Positions 15,173-28,014 of a DNA stretch of 64,000 bases are shown one piece after another. Below the pieces are notes generated by a model. It was not told where the DNA came from and did no database searches. It was given only the letters and a program-made list of their open reading frames with translations. The stretch spans positions 1,212,627 to 1,276,626 of the forward strand of contig MU004230.1 in assembly GCA_010405405.1 (NCBI GenBank). Direction: 5' to 3'. Source of the DNA: Microthyrium microscopicum. Its lineage: Eukaryota. Every line of letters starts with the position of its first letter. Position 1 is the stretch's first letter. A program made the position numbers and the translations under genes.

Positions 15173-15742
15173 TCATACGCCACTCATACCACAAAGTGCA
15201 GGGTTTGCCTCCAGGATAACCTTCTTCGGATATGGGATTCCTCGCTCAGGACTGACTTCACAATGTGCATACCCAGCTTCATCGAGATCCAATACACGAG
15301 CTCCGGGCGCGGCCGTCGAAATAAGCTGCGTCCCCTGGCATAACTCCATCATCTTCTCGTGTTGCTTCAGTTGACTGTGGTTCACAAGTCTGATTCTTTC
15401 GGGCCGCATGTTTTTCACAAACTCGCGATACGTTTCTGTTCGGATACGTTTTGCGGTTGCCAAGTCTATATGTCTCACAACCAGTTGCCAATGCTATGAG
15501 TGACATATATTAGCATTGACTGATGATGTTTTGAGTTTCTATGTCGTTTTACTTACGTCGAATCTGCTTCTGATTCCATGGTATCTCATTGCACCTGGAC
15601 CGACTACGCAGCATATAATATTACTCTTATCGAGCGCTTGAACGAGCATTTCGATGTATTCTATTCCATATGGTAGATCGAAGGTCTTGCTATGAGCGGA
15701 AGGAGTCGCTCGGGAAGTCTCTTTAGACCCTCCGCATCCCAT
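15173..15742 (-). CDS. Hypothetical protein, paralogue 3 of the tandem family (168 aa; intron 15494-15556), predicted myristoylated and palmitoylated
   Basis: MGCGGSK start; YGIEYIEMLVQALDKSNIICCVVGPGAMRYHGIRSRFD|HWQLVV; GTAAGT...GCTAAT...TAG intron; VLDL...RGIPYPKKVIL. Confidence 0.75.
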
Positions 15743-16865
15743 GGTGCCTTTACTGTCAATGGGATTATTGATGAGTGAGTATGACAACCCGATCTAGAGC
15801 TGAATGATCTGAGTCGAACTGGACAAGTTTTCTGTAGATGGTTGTGGTGGACGGAAATTATGAAAGTGCAAATCGATACATGATTTGCATGCTTTGAATT
15901 CCATATTCTTATACTGCTTCAGATGTATCACGAAAGAATATCAGGCGAACCTGGGAATCATGTCCGCATGAACAAATTGCTTCCAGCTGACTGATAGAGA
16001 CTCCCCAGCTGGCATACTCTTCCGTTCGTGACTTGGGACTTCTGCATTAACCTTCCTGTTGCAAAGGACATTGTCAAATGATTGTCCGTTATGGAGTGCC
16101 ATGCTTCAGTGACACCCTAGAGCTGAAGTCTATTCGAGGCCAGATGATTAATGCCAAATCGCAGTCTGGAAGAAGGCGGATATATTTGATCTGCTAGATT
16201 TGCCCATTTATAGGTGCCTGTAGCCTATAGACATGACATAAGTGCAATGATGCTACTTACTTCGGCAGAAGTTATTGAGCAGCTATATGACTTTTCTATG
16301 AATATTTTATTTGTTGTTGAAGATTGAATGATGTTTTGGGCCCCTGAATGCTCCGATATGATCGACAGGGATGTAGTTGCAGGAGCGAGCCTACTTTGTT
16401 GGATTTGTCATGATCCAGTCACCCTCTTTCAACTGCCAATCTTCTCAATTCTCGAGAATAATTTATCGACGATCATTGCAGGGCTTGCATTTTTTTGCTC
16501 CAGATCACTACGAGTTCAGCTGCTGCCTAGACTTGTAACTCTCTCGCCAATAATCTGTTACCGCAATTCCCCAAAAGAGAACCAAAAAAATCACGTGCAA
16601 GGAACTGTTGAGATCTTGGTATCCACTTTCTCGGCGATAACAAAGGCTGAAGCCGTCAGCCCCAAAGCCCCTCTACTTCTCCAGTCTACTTCTTTCCCTC
16701 GTCACTCTCAACACCTTTATCTCGACTCCCTTGCGCCCTATCCATTTGTCCTCCAATCCACTGCAAAATCCTTCCAGACCTTACTGCTATCCTCAACCAT
16801 TGTGCTTATCTACCTGCGCACACCAGTATTGGATCCCTTTCGCGCCTCCAACCTCCTGCGCAGCC

Positions 16866-19524
16866 ATGACGCCAACACCCTCCTCAACAACTTCCTCAAG
16901 CAACCATAATTCACCTAATGAGCAGTTTCGAGTCGTGAGACGGCGCAATCGTGTTCCACTCTCTTGCGGACCATGTCGCCAAAGAAAGCTAAAATGCGAT
17001 CGATCGCAACCATGTGATAATTGCCGTAAAAGAGGAGATCTGGACTCCTGCGCCTATGCAACTCCAGTCGCGCGCAAGAAGAACTCGCTGAGCTCAACTT
17101 CATCCAATACTCCCGATGAAATGCAAAATCGTATCGACCGTCTGGAAGGCTTGGTCTTGTCCTTGATGACCAATGGACCTACGGCTGCTGGACCCGCCGC
17201 TGCTGTGGCTGCAATTGCGCAAACTAGCTCGATGCCTGCTAGTAGCGTGAGCGGCAGTTCGAGTGAGTTCCCTGTTGACACGGATGATACGATACATGAA
17301 GAAATGGACGAAGGAGAAGATATGACAGATGTAGATGTTGATAAGCTTTCCAAGAATATCGGCGTTATGAAGGTCGATTCTGGCAAGAATATTTTCATTT
17401 CAGAGGCGCATTGGTATTCTATCTTGGCAGAGATATCGGAAGTCAAGAATTATTTCAACGATAACAAAAAGTCATTCGAGGATTTAGGGAAAAAGATCAG
17501 CGCAAATAAAGAAGGTAGCAGCTCTACGACAGGTCTTTTCTTTCTCAATGCAGGTCCCGCAACAAAAGGGGAAATCCTACGGTCATTTCCGTCCAAGGGG
17601 ACTACAGATGTGCTCATTGCCCGATTTTTCGAAGTCTACAACTTTGACCCATCATTTCAAATTGTTCATGGACCCACATATCAAAAACAGTACGACCGGC
17701 ACTGGGCTGCCCCTCAAGAATCCGAGGCCATTTGGCTTGGGTTGACCTATGCAATGATGATGGTTGCACTAGTCTCATATCAACGCAATGGGGATGAACC
17801 ACCTGACTACCGAGGACGTACCGAGGATATGTTCCGCGACTACAAACGACTTTCAGCGCAATGTATGGTTTTGGTAGATCTATACTCTCCTGCAAATCTA
17901 CTGCTTGAAACAGCAGTGTTGTATATTGTTGCGGAACTTGGAAAGTCGAAAGACGCCGAAATGGGCACCATGCTTGGAATCACCACTATTGTACGACTGG
18001 CTATGAAAATGGGCTACCATCGGGATCCGAGATACTTCCCATCCATCACACCATTTGCTGGTGAGATGCGAAGACGAGTCTGGGCCTTGATCAAGCATGC
18101 AGATTTACGGATATCATCGCAATTCGGAATGCCGCCAATCATTCGAAGCGATGTTACGAATACTGAAACACCAAAGAACCTTTACGACGATGAACTGTCA
18201 GAGGATTTGAAAGAACTACCTCCATCTAGACCACTTCAAGAAGCAACGCCAATCTCTTACATAATATACAAGGCGCAGGTCACCGATATTGGCTACCAAA
18301 TTATTGAAGAAACCCAGAAACTGAACGACTCTTCGTATGAGGTTGTGATGGATCTTGATCGAGAGCTGCGAAGAGTTCATGAGGCTATTCCTCCACATCT
18401 CAAAATGCGCGCCGTCGATGAATCGATACGTGACCCACCGAACGCAATTTTGAAACGGTACATTATGGAGATTATGTATCTCAAGTTCATATGCCTGTTA
18501 CATCGCAAGTACAGTGGATGTCCACGATACCCATTTTCGAAACGAACATGTGTGGAAAGCGCCATGGAAATATTGGCTTACCAGGCCACTATTTTCACAG
18601 AGCAGCGCCCTGGTGGTCGTTTGGCGGATGCGAAGTTCTTTGTCACATCTCTCACTAGCCATGATTTCCTCTTAGCCGCCATGATCGTTAGTGTCGATTT
18701 ACATCGCGCGGCTGAGACGGAACGTAGTGGACGCAGTCCAACAGACGTCTACGATGCCAATACACGAGCAAATAAGATCGCTGCTCTGGAGCAATCGTTA
18801 CGAATGTGGGATAGTGTCAAGGAAGAAAGCATGGAGGCCTTCAAGGCTGTTGCTGCTCTAACAGCCATGTTGACCTTGCTAAGAGAACAAGACTCCAAAC
18901 TGCGCAACAAGCTCCAACCTTATGCTGCCCAAGCATTTGCATCTAATAGTGCGACTCCAGAAGACTCTAAACTAGCACCAGAACACTCAGCAGCAATGAC
19001 TCTTGGTCTTCTCAGCTCAGGTCAACCACTCGGCACGCCTGCCAACACCTTCTCTCCAAACCCGTACGACTTGTCCAGCACATCAGCCTCAATGGCACCC
19101 CAACAATTCATGACTACCGGCATCGCAGACAACATCCCCACTAACGCTGCTGCTCCGTTCACAAATCTCTTTGGCGCTGCCGGTAATTTCCCAGCCCTTG
19201 ACATCCCACAGAATCTTGACTGGGTAAGTTATGTATATATCTCTACTATCATTACCAACTGACGTCTAACAATAGGATGCCTGGGACTCGTACATTCAAG
19301 GGGGCAATCCCATGGATCCCACGATGGCCGCAACCATGTGGCCTATGAACCTGGATCCCGCCATGGACCCGTCTGCCAGCTCGCCATCGAGTCCAAATGC
19401 GCAAGCAACGAGTGGCGCAGGCAGCTTACCGCCTAATGGCTCAATGACCCAGCCGCTGACTGGATTCGGAGCAGTATTTAACGCGAATACAGTGTCAGAG
19501 CAAGCGCGCAACGGGCTGATGTGA
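16866..19524 (+). CDS. Zn(II)2Cys6 transcription factor with fungal-specific middle homology region (intron 19224-19275)
   Basis: RRRNRVPLSCGPCRQRKLKCDRSQPCDNCRKRGDLDSCAY cluster, coiled coil MQNRIDRLEGLV, MHR signature RLAMKMGYHRDP...GEMRRRVW, spliced C-terminal LDW|DAWDSYIQ motif. Confidence 0.92.
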
Positions 19525-21180
19525 AAACCAAAAGCAGTAACGGGAGTTGCACACTCGTTTGAGTCTGCTAGCAGCGAAACTGGTGAAGCTGGAAACGACA
19601 ACACGAAGCCAAATAACAACCAGCTGTGATAGTATATCGCGTCTCATCAGATCAGGTTGCCCCCACTGGCGGAACCTACGCTATATATGTGGCTAGGAGA
19701 TATTGAACATATCCATGGAAGATGGAGATTGGAATGAAAGGAATGAACATGACGGCCAGGAGGTGACTCGATCTGGGAATGAATGGGAGACTATAGAAGG
19801 ACGGAACGGACCTGGGTAGGTAGAGTATTGTATGATAAATGATGTGCTATGGCCTAAAAAGTCTTTTGATAGAGGTGGCGAGTTTCCAACGCGTGTTGGC
19901 TTATGATATCAAAATTCTCCACTCCGTTACGGGGGGCGTTTGGGGAGTGTTTGGGGAGCTGTATATTTGATTGAAGAGCTGGATTGCATAGACATGGCTA
20001 TTGGAACAAAATACCACGCAATTGAATACTCCTTTGCTGTCAAGATTTACTACACCTCAAACTCGAGACCAAGCTTTGCGAAGTATTTGAAAATTGTGTC
20101 AAGTCTTACGTATCAGTGAGGGACAGGATGGACATAATTTGATATACAAAAGAATAGAATTGTCTCGCTACCGAAAAAGGGTTGTCTGTTGCCAGTCCAT
20201 TTCTAAGAATTCCTAACAAAGTGCCAATTCCACTGCCAGAAAACCCATTGGTGTTTATGAAATGCCTACTCCTCCGTCACACGCCGGTAGAAAAGAGTTC
20301 TCAGACTAAGATTTAAAGCAAACGACAAAAACAAAGCCCAATGGTGAGTAAACAAGGTTTGGTATGCATAGATAGAGGGAATTTTCTTTGGAATCGATAC
20401 ATATAGAGCCAGATTGAGCAGAAAAGTCCAGGATCTCAAGCTATTCTGCTAGAAGAAGAAACCCAAGCAATTTCTTCCTTTGCTGCTTCACTCTCAAAGT
20501 GTTCTTCTTTTCCTGGTCGTCTGCGTAACTTCGATTTTCCTCCCATAGCGGTAGCGAAAGCCTCGTGTCTTCCTCCAACCCTATTACGGCGCAAATCATG
20601 ACAGCCACTGGGGCATGTATCCGGTAATATGCGCTCTTCTTCGCATAAAAGTATATGTAGCTAAAGGCTACAAGGTAAGAATGGTTCCCATAATGGGAAG
20701 GGTATCTTTCCCAGCGCCTCGCTTTTGGTTTTCCAGAAAAGCCCCCTGCAACATGGTCCAAACCGTCAGGACCCAGAAATCGCTACATGAAACCGTGCTT
20801 CAAATGGAGGCGAGTAAGATACATAAGAAATGTTGAAGATGTCCAGAGAAAGCCGGGGTAGAGAAACAAGTTGTACTAAAAGGTGTATTGGTCATGGAGA
20901 TAATTTGAAGTTAAAGAAAAAGCTCTGGCCATCATCAAAATGAGAACAGACCAAAGCGAGTGTTTTAAAGAACCCAAGACGCAATCCCGTTCAGTGGTAT
21001 CAAGCGGGTCAAGCAAGAAAATTCAAGTCGTCGAAAAGGGAATAAACCAGCAGGAAACGACTGATGCTTCGTAACTTCATGAAGTAATTTTTGGGGTATA
21101 GAAATCGATCGATACAAAGAAAGGTTGAGGTGACAGAAAAAGAAGCAATCAATCGTGACGATCAAACGTTCGAAGATCGA

Positions 21181-22116
21181 TCATCCCTCCTCGTCTTCTT
21201 CAGCGTCTTCATCTTCATCATCTTCGACATTGGCCGCAGCGATGGGCTTAACATCCAAATTGTGCCCTCTCGGCTTTTTTGCGGAAGAGCCACCGGATGC
21301 GCCAGCCTTGCGCTTGGAGCCTGGTGCAGGCATAGATGGCGCATCTGCTCCAGTGTTGGGATCGCCCATTGGCTCAAGTTTTCCATCCTTTTCCATCTGA
21401 GCAACTTCATCAGCAGTAAGGAAGCGGCCTCCTGGGCCACGAGGTCGGCGCATAGCGTGGTTATGACGACTCTCGTGGAGGTATGGCTTGCGAGCTTTAG
21501 AAGTGAGGCGAAGAGCTTCTTCAAGCTTTTGTCGCGCAATTCTTCGTTTGAGTATTCGGTGGAATTGCTTCGCATTAACATATAGTGGCGCATCCTCTAC
21601 GGTGGCAGCATCTTGCGCTTGTGGAGGTAATTGTCCTTGCTGAGGCATGGCCGATCCCGCACGAGCGCTGAGCCCCTGAGGTTGTTGCTGGACGACTGGT
21701 GGAGAGCCCATATGGCTCATGCGACGTTGAGGGAGTGCTTGCTGCATTTGGGCCGGAGGTGTTCTACGCGATCGACCATCACCCTTGTCGTGAACCATAT
21801 TTTGGTTCGGCATAGGGTAGTAGTGAGGACCGGCGGCGGCAGCGGCAGCCATCGCAGTTGCCTGCGTGAGGCCCGGATAGGGTTGCATTCCATATTGACC
21901 AGCAGTGTTATACGGCAATTGTTGGTGTTGTTGTTGATGACCCTGAGGATAAGGGTGACCGGCTTGTGCCATGAGGGGTGAGGTTTGAGGTGGAGCCTGG
22001 TGGATGGTTTGCTGATTGGGAGAGGTTATGGAAGGGTTGCCGTTATTCGCGTAATTCTGATGGTGGGAGTTGTGGGGTTGTTGAGGCTGCTGAAAAGTCG
22101 CGAATGAGGCTTCCAT
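21181..22116 (-). CDS. HAP2: CCAAT-binding complex subunit HapB/Hap2 (NF-YA)
   Basis: [24 protein letters not shown] and [26 protein letters not shown] core; Q-rich N-terminus; first ATG at 22116 ([10 protein letters not shown]). Confidence 0.95.
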   Translation of the reverse strand: MEASFATFQQPQQPHNSHHQNYANNGNPSITSPNQQTIHQAPPQTSPLMAQAGHPYPQGHQQQHQQLPYNTAGQYGMQPYPGLTQATAMAAAAAAGPHYYPMPNQNMVHDKGDGRSRRTPPAQMQQALPQRRMSHMGSPPVVQQQPQGLSARAGSAMPQQGQLPPQAQDAATVEDAPLYVNAKQFHRILKRRIARQKLEEALRLTSKARKPYLHESRHNHAMRRPRGPGGRFLTADEVAQMEKDGKLEPMGDPNTGADAPSMPAPGSKRKAGASGGSSAKKPRGHNLDVKPIAAANVEDDEDEDAEEDEEG

Positions 22117-25100
22117 TGCGGCGCAAATGGGCGCTTCTTGTTGGCGTGACGAGTTAGACACGCGAAGGTGTTGGTAGTGAAGTAGGGATTGGAAGGCCTA
22201 TTCAGGCTTTTGACTGGTTGGCGAATTGCAGGTGGTTATTCGCGGCGGGGGAAGGCTGAGTAAACTGCGCCCCAAGCACCTGGAGCTAAAATGGAGGGAC
22301 AGGGAAAGGAAGGAGGATGGATGGTTGGAAGAGCTGGGAGGCTGGAGCTTCAGGGCCAGTTATGTTAGTTTCTGTTGGGCAAAACCGGATTTGATTGGGC
22401 GGCAACAAGATGGGTGGTGCTAATGCGCTGGCGGCAAAAAGAACAACTCATCGGCACGGAAGATCAGACATACCTATTTTGACAGTTCTGTTCGCAGCCA
22501 GTCTGAGTGGTCGATTTGAGGTGAAGGTGGGGTTGCTGTGCGCTTCAATGTCGCATCTACCCAGTTTGGTCAGACAGCGCAGCGCAGTCAAATTGCGTGC
22601 AGACTCACCAGACAGTAAAGGACCAGGCAATTAAGTCGAGGCCGTCAATGTTCGGGGGTGGGCGAAGATTGTAAAGATGAAACCTGCTGGGGTTGCGGGT
22701 TAGCTTACTGGATATTGCATCGACCGCAAACAGGGAGAAAAGAAGGATCGGTGAGCGCACAGGGTAATAGAGCATGCGGGTGAGTAAGACCAGTCCAATA
22801 AAAGCAATATCAAGACATGCAAAACCAATACAAGCGTTATTATATCATAACATATAGCAAATGAACAGACAGTAAGCCTAGTATTACAATTGCGATGCGT
22901 AAATAATAGTGAATTTGCAGCAAGACCAACAGACCGCTGGATGCAGCAAAATGATGCTGAAGCGCAGGTGGACTCGATCTTGAAGGCAGCAAGTAGTAAC
23001 AGGCGGAATGGCCGGCGAAGGAAGCTAGGCTGACCACGTCGACCTTGTTGGCCATGGTGCGGTGAGGTCCCAAAAATGGGAACGCTCGTGCGTCAGATGC
23101 AGGCTTGCAGACATACAGGACTTGGCCAGCATCAACTGGTCAAAAAGGCCGAGCGCGACAGCGACAGCCATCTCATAGAGTTGCGGATACAAGCGTGATC
23201 TGGTGCCATGGTGGGACAGGAAAGCAATGTGTTTGGGAATATGGTTTGGGGGAGTAGAGACCATTGATCCAATTGCAAGCGCGTTTGCGACGCGTTCAAT
23301 GGATTGACAGATGCGACCACAGGACCGAAAAAAATAGCGGCCTGGGGAAAAACAGGGGAGCGCAAGTGGATTGAGATGGTAATGATGGAAAGTAAAGCGA
23401 TAGAAACATACCAATGGGTGTGATGCAGGTGGATTGGTTTGTGAGTTGTCAAAGTCTTGTACACACACGTCAAAGTGGAGTGGTGGAGAGGCGAAAACGC
23501 GAAGAATTTCTCGCAGCGGTGACAACAAGACGAGATGTTTGCTTGAGCAAGGTAGGGATGAAGTTGAAATAAGGTGTGTTGAGCTGGGTACGCGGAGCAA
23601 ATCAGAATGGAATTGCTTGGGCGCTGGGGCGGGGGATAGTAGACGAATAAAAGAGTCGAGCAAGAATTGAGAGTACGGTCTGGGAGACTGGGAGTAGGCA
23701 AAGAATAAGTTACGGATAGCAGGAACCTATGAGAGGAGTTTAGGCAGTCGCTGCTTGCACTTTGGGATGATTGGGAGCAGAAGTTGGGGAAAGAACGATG
23801 GGCAAATGAGCAAATGATTTGGGGCCTTGCAAAAATGAGAAGAGACCGTTTATTGGGCAGAAAGAGCCAGGGCGGACCGTCCTTCTTTATGCGCTGCCGT
23901 GTCATCGAATCAATCCTGCCCGGTCCACCTCCAAGACAAGTCACGTGCTCTGCGCCTTCCCTGTTGGCATTTATCCAAGCTTCATTTCGGATGGCTCCTG
24001 CCCTCCAAGTCCTCCTCTGCTCAAGCTCTTGCCGCTCTCACCCATTTCTAGCTTGGAGCTTCCACGAGCTTGGGAAGGAATAGTGGGCCCTGCCTAGCCT
24101 GATGGCTGCTCCTTCCTTCTCAAAATTCAATTGCCTCTCCATATCGCATTTCTTTTGATCAATTCAACATGAAACCTTCAGCCTTGAAGTTATGATGAGC
24201 ATTGAGCAGTCAGACTGTCAGTCACGCTCATTGCATGGCTAAAACTTCCCGTCTGGTCTTTGATTATGCTTCTTTTACATATACCCTGCAGAAGACGCGC
24301 TGACCAGCTGAAGGTCAAGGGGGAGGCTCTTTTCTTCTGCTCTACGGCTTAACGCTGCAATATCATCATATATTTACATGCACTATCAAATAACACTTAG
24401 TCGTATATACTCTCTTCAATATCTCAAATCCACAATCAATAAATCTCACCTACCACCAACATTCTTCACTATCAAACACAGCAATCTGCTACCCGTCTCC
24501 CGTATCAAAAGAAGTAGTATGTACTCCATAATTTGGCCAGGAGCTTGCCTTCCCGGTCCATCCGTCAGATCCTGTCTCAACTCTGCCCGTCGCATCTCCA
24601 TAATTACCATACTTTGTACTAAATGCCCACTATCGCCGATATTGAACTTGTTTACTGCCCCGCTCCCCCCATTTCTGCTTGTAACGCGCCGACAAGGCCG
24701 ACTGCGTGACCTCGCTTCCAGCTGATGTCTCCCAGTTGCTAACCATTCCCCATCGCGAGCGTAGGGCCAGCTCAACTTCTCAAGTGTCCACAACGCCTCG
24801 TAACTTGATCTCCACTGCTCGCTTGTTCCCGTCATAACCTGCAAGCGTCAACCAGGGCTCCTCGCTCTCCATTGGCCAGGTCAGGCGAACCTCTAATGAT
24901 GATCATTGATCCGATCCTGGCGCAAGATCACTCTTGCCACGGACCTCCGCTTTCTTTTTCGCTGCGCTGAGCTGTGAAGAAAAAGCACTGACGACAAGAC
25001 AACGGGAGACCTGCGCAATAATGAACAGAGCGGGGGTCAATCAAACGCCCTCTCGCTCGTCCCCTTTTCATTTTCTCATTTTCTCTCTGGCTGCTTCCCA

Positions 25101-27113
25101 TCGCCCGGCAATTAGATACTCTGCGCAATAACCTTCCCCTTCTAATCTCATCAACCCATCATACCGCCTTGCTCGCCTTGCTAACCAAACGCGATGCGGA
25201 CTTGGGGTTGTCGGAGATGATGCTGTTCTCGATCCCTTCATGACATTGATCGCTTCCAGACTCCAAAACCCCCGTATACTCTCCTACCTTTAGAGTTTCT
25301 TCATGCATGTTTTGAGAGGTAAGCGGATCGATTTCAAGTTCCCTACCTATTGCGCGAATATCAAGCACACCGTGAATTGAGTCCTTGTTGCCTCGGCTTC
25401 TTTGCAAAGAAATGCCTCCCAGCCTCGTGTTTGTTCATTCCCCCTCTTACAATTCATTCTGGCTGCCGACTCCGTGCCGACGCCGTCTCGTCATAATTCA
25501 TCTCCTCTTTTTATGAGCGACACAAGATATCACTGACAGGTGGTGTCATGAACTAATCAAGGATTCCAAAAAGTTACTGGTTGCACCTGTATCCGCTACA
25601 ACCTCTAAGCGCCGTGAATTTCATTCGACTGTCGAATGGCATGCAAGTTCATCGCCATGATTGTTTTATTGGCTAGATGCTCATGTCTCACCCGGCGCCG
25701 TGCTGGCCCGCCCCTTCCCACGGTCCGCTGGAAAGCTGACTCTGCTTCAATGCTTCAAGATGGCTTGGAGGTTGCATCTGACAATCTGTCCAACCCTCTT
25801 CGCTCGCGTCCTTGTCACTTTGCCCACAGCTGGCCCTGATTCGCCCGAAATGAAGGACCAACTGCAAGCACTTTGCATGGGAAAGTGCTCAAATGGCAAG
25901 GCTCAAAGCGTCTGACATTCTGGACCCATTGACGGTTTGTGCTTTTCTGTTTTGCTGCACGCAATCACACCTCGTCTTCGCGCACGGTGTGTACTGTACC
26001 TCCTAGTTCTGGGAGATATCATTTGACTCGCTGGCTGAAGAAATCCCCCGCGATTTTCGGTAGGGCTCAAGCAAGCTCAGATAGCCCACCAAATTGGCGA
26101 TTGGATACCGACCTCGACGCTTAACATCGCTGCTCCTAGTTTCGCTCCCGCCGTGCGTTGAGCAGATCTGGAGTGAGCTTAGTTAATCAATTGACCACTC
26201 CCAGAAGGCCATCTATCGTCTTAGCGACTTTTGAACGGCATGGGCATTCGTTTCCTGCCACGTGCCATCCCGCGAACTGATGCATATGAGATTCATTCGT
26301 GCGGAATATGCCAGACACCATTTGAACGTCCAACGCCTTCTCTGCAACGGCTCAAAGCTGCCTACGATTCATACCCGTTCTTCGTGCTGTACTGCGGCAG
26401 GTTCATGTCTCATTGGTTCAATGCATCAAGCTTTAGAATCATGCTTCCAGAGCTTGGCCATACACGATGCTACAACTGTTGTATCTAAATCCATTGGCTG
26501 ATACATCAAAACAATCGCATCAATGCATCCTATTGGACGAATGGTTATTTTTAAAATAGCTGTCAAGGCTGTGATATGCGCTTTTCTCATGCAGGTCTAG
26601 CAGCAAAGGTCCTTGGGACCGAACGTGTGGTGCGATGCCAACTTCACAGCAAACACCAGATACTACTAACACGTTGAAATTGGCATGAAATGAAGCTCAC
26701 GATAGTTTATATCACTATATTTCTTGTTGTCATTACTTATCGTAATTGCTTGAATAACTTTATAATGAGACCGAACACAATGCTAACTTCATTTGCTTTA
26801 GTTTGGCTTGAACCATGTGTCTGACCAAGGCGGCCATTTCCACGGTCCTCTAAAGCTTCCCGTAACACCACTAGAAGCTGTGATACTAGCTACTATCAAA
26901 ATATTGAACTAGCCTCTTGGAAGCTTCTTCTTGCTGGTAACAACGTCGTCATGCCTAGCCCAATACCCATAAGCTCAACAAAATCCCTTGTGACTTGCAT
27001 GGCCCTTACTACATGTCCATGTCTTGCTGTATCTAGCTCACATTACATTGCAAGTAGCGTTCTCATATACCCAATGATGAACTCAAACCCTGTATAGACC
27101 TCTCTCGCTGATC

Positions 27114-28014
27114 ATGTAAGACACATACCCCTCTGCACAGCATAAACATCAACCTAAACTCCCGATTCCAGGTTCACCAGTCCACGCCGCAACTCCTCCA
27201 TCAGCGATCTTTCTGGCAGTGAGCTCTACTCCTCGAGCATCAGTAACCCACGCTCTGCCATCCAGTCTTGGACTCCACGGCGACACTCCACAGACCAGCA
27301 ATCCCCCAACCAACAATCCGCCGCTCAATTCAAATGTCATCAACCCGCCGAGCAATCTACAGAGCACAAAGATAGCTATGGCGGCTGGTGGGTCTACCCC
27401 AGCTCGTCTCATGGCCGCCGCTCCCTACCGCCCAGCCAAATGACTTCGAGACGCGGAAGCATGGATGCATGGAATGAGTTCTACAAGACACAGCACGATG
27501 AGGGTATGGGCGAAAGACTAGTCAGGCGGGCGGAACAAAGGCGGACTGCACGGATTATGGCGATGGATACGAAGGGCGCTGGTGACACGGGTAGGTGCTT
27601 ATAGCTGCAAGGCGTATATATTTAGATCACTGACGTGTAGTAGATCGAGGCGGCTCAGAAGCTCAGGGGAATGACGCAGAACGGACTGAAGACCCGACGT
27701 CGATGGTGGGTGGAGAGCAGGAGGGTAGTGTGGTGGTAACGATGCAGTTGGATGCTCACACGGTGCCGTATGAGGATATGCAGAGTGTAATAGAAGAGAA
27801 CGGTGGAGTGGACTTTGATGTGCAGAAGGTGTGGCCGCCGCCGCCGTCGCTGGGCCCTCGGAAGAGTTCGTTGGCGGTCAATTTACAAAGGGACTCCCGA
27901 GAGGTGCACCAGGATTCGGGTGATGTTGAGGATGGAGATGTTGTGGCTCATGCTCTGGGGGATGAGAATGAGCTTGTTGAAATGGGTCAGTGGAGACACG
28001 ACCCTGCAACATAG
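27114..28014 (+). CDS. Hypothetical low-complexity protein, three exons (introns 27116-27171 and 27591-27640/27643)
   Basis: Stop-free frame from 27172 (FTSPRRNSSISDLSG...) continues across GTAGGT...CTGAC...TAG into ORF 27703-28014; the start codon would be formed by splicing AT|G. Confidence 0.55.

Noticed and set aside
16328..16909. 193-aa ORF overlapping the 5' end of the Zn2Cys6 gene
   Set aside because: Runs through promoter/5' UTR-like sequence in another frame, with no protein-like motif.
23025..23944. Long minus-strand ORFs (270 aa and 212 aa) upstream of hapB
   Set aside because: Non-ATG starts and Ser/Leu/Phe/His-rich composition typical of pyrimidine-rich promoter/UTR sequence; no domain.
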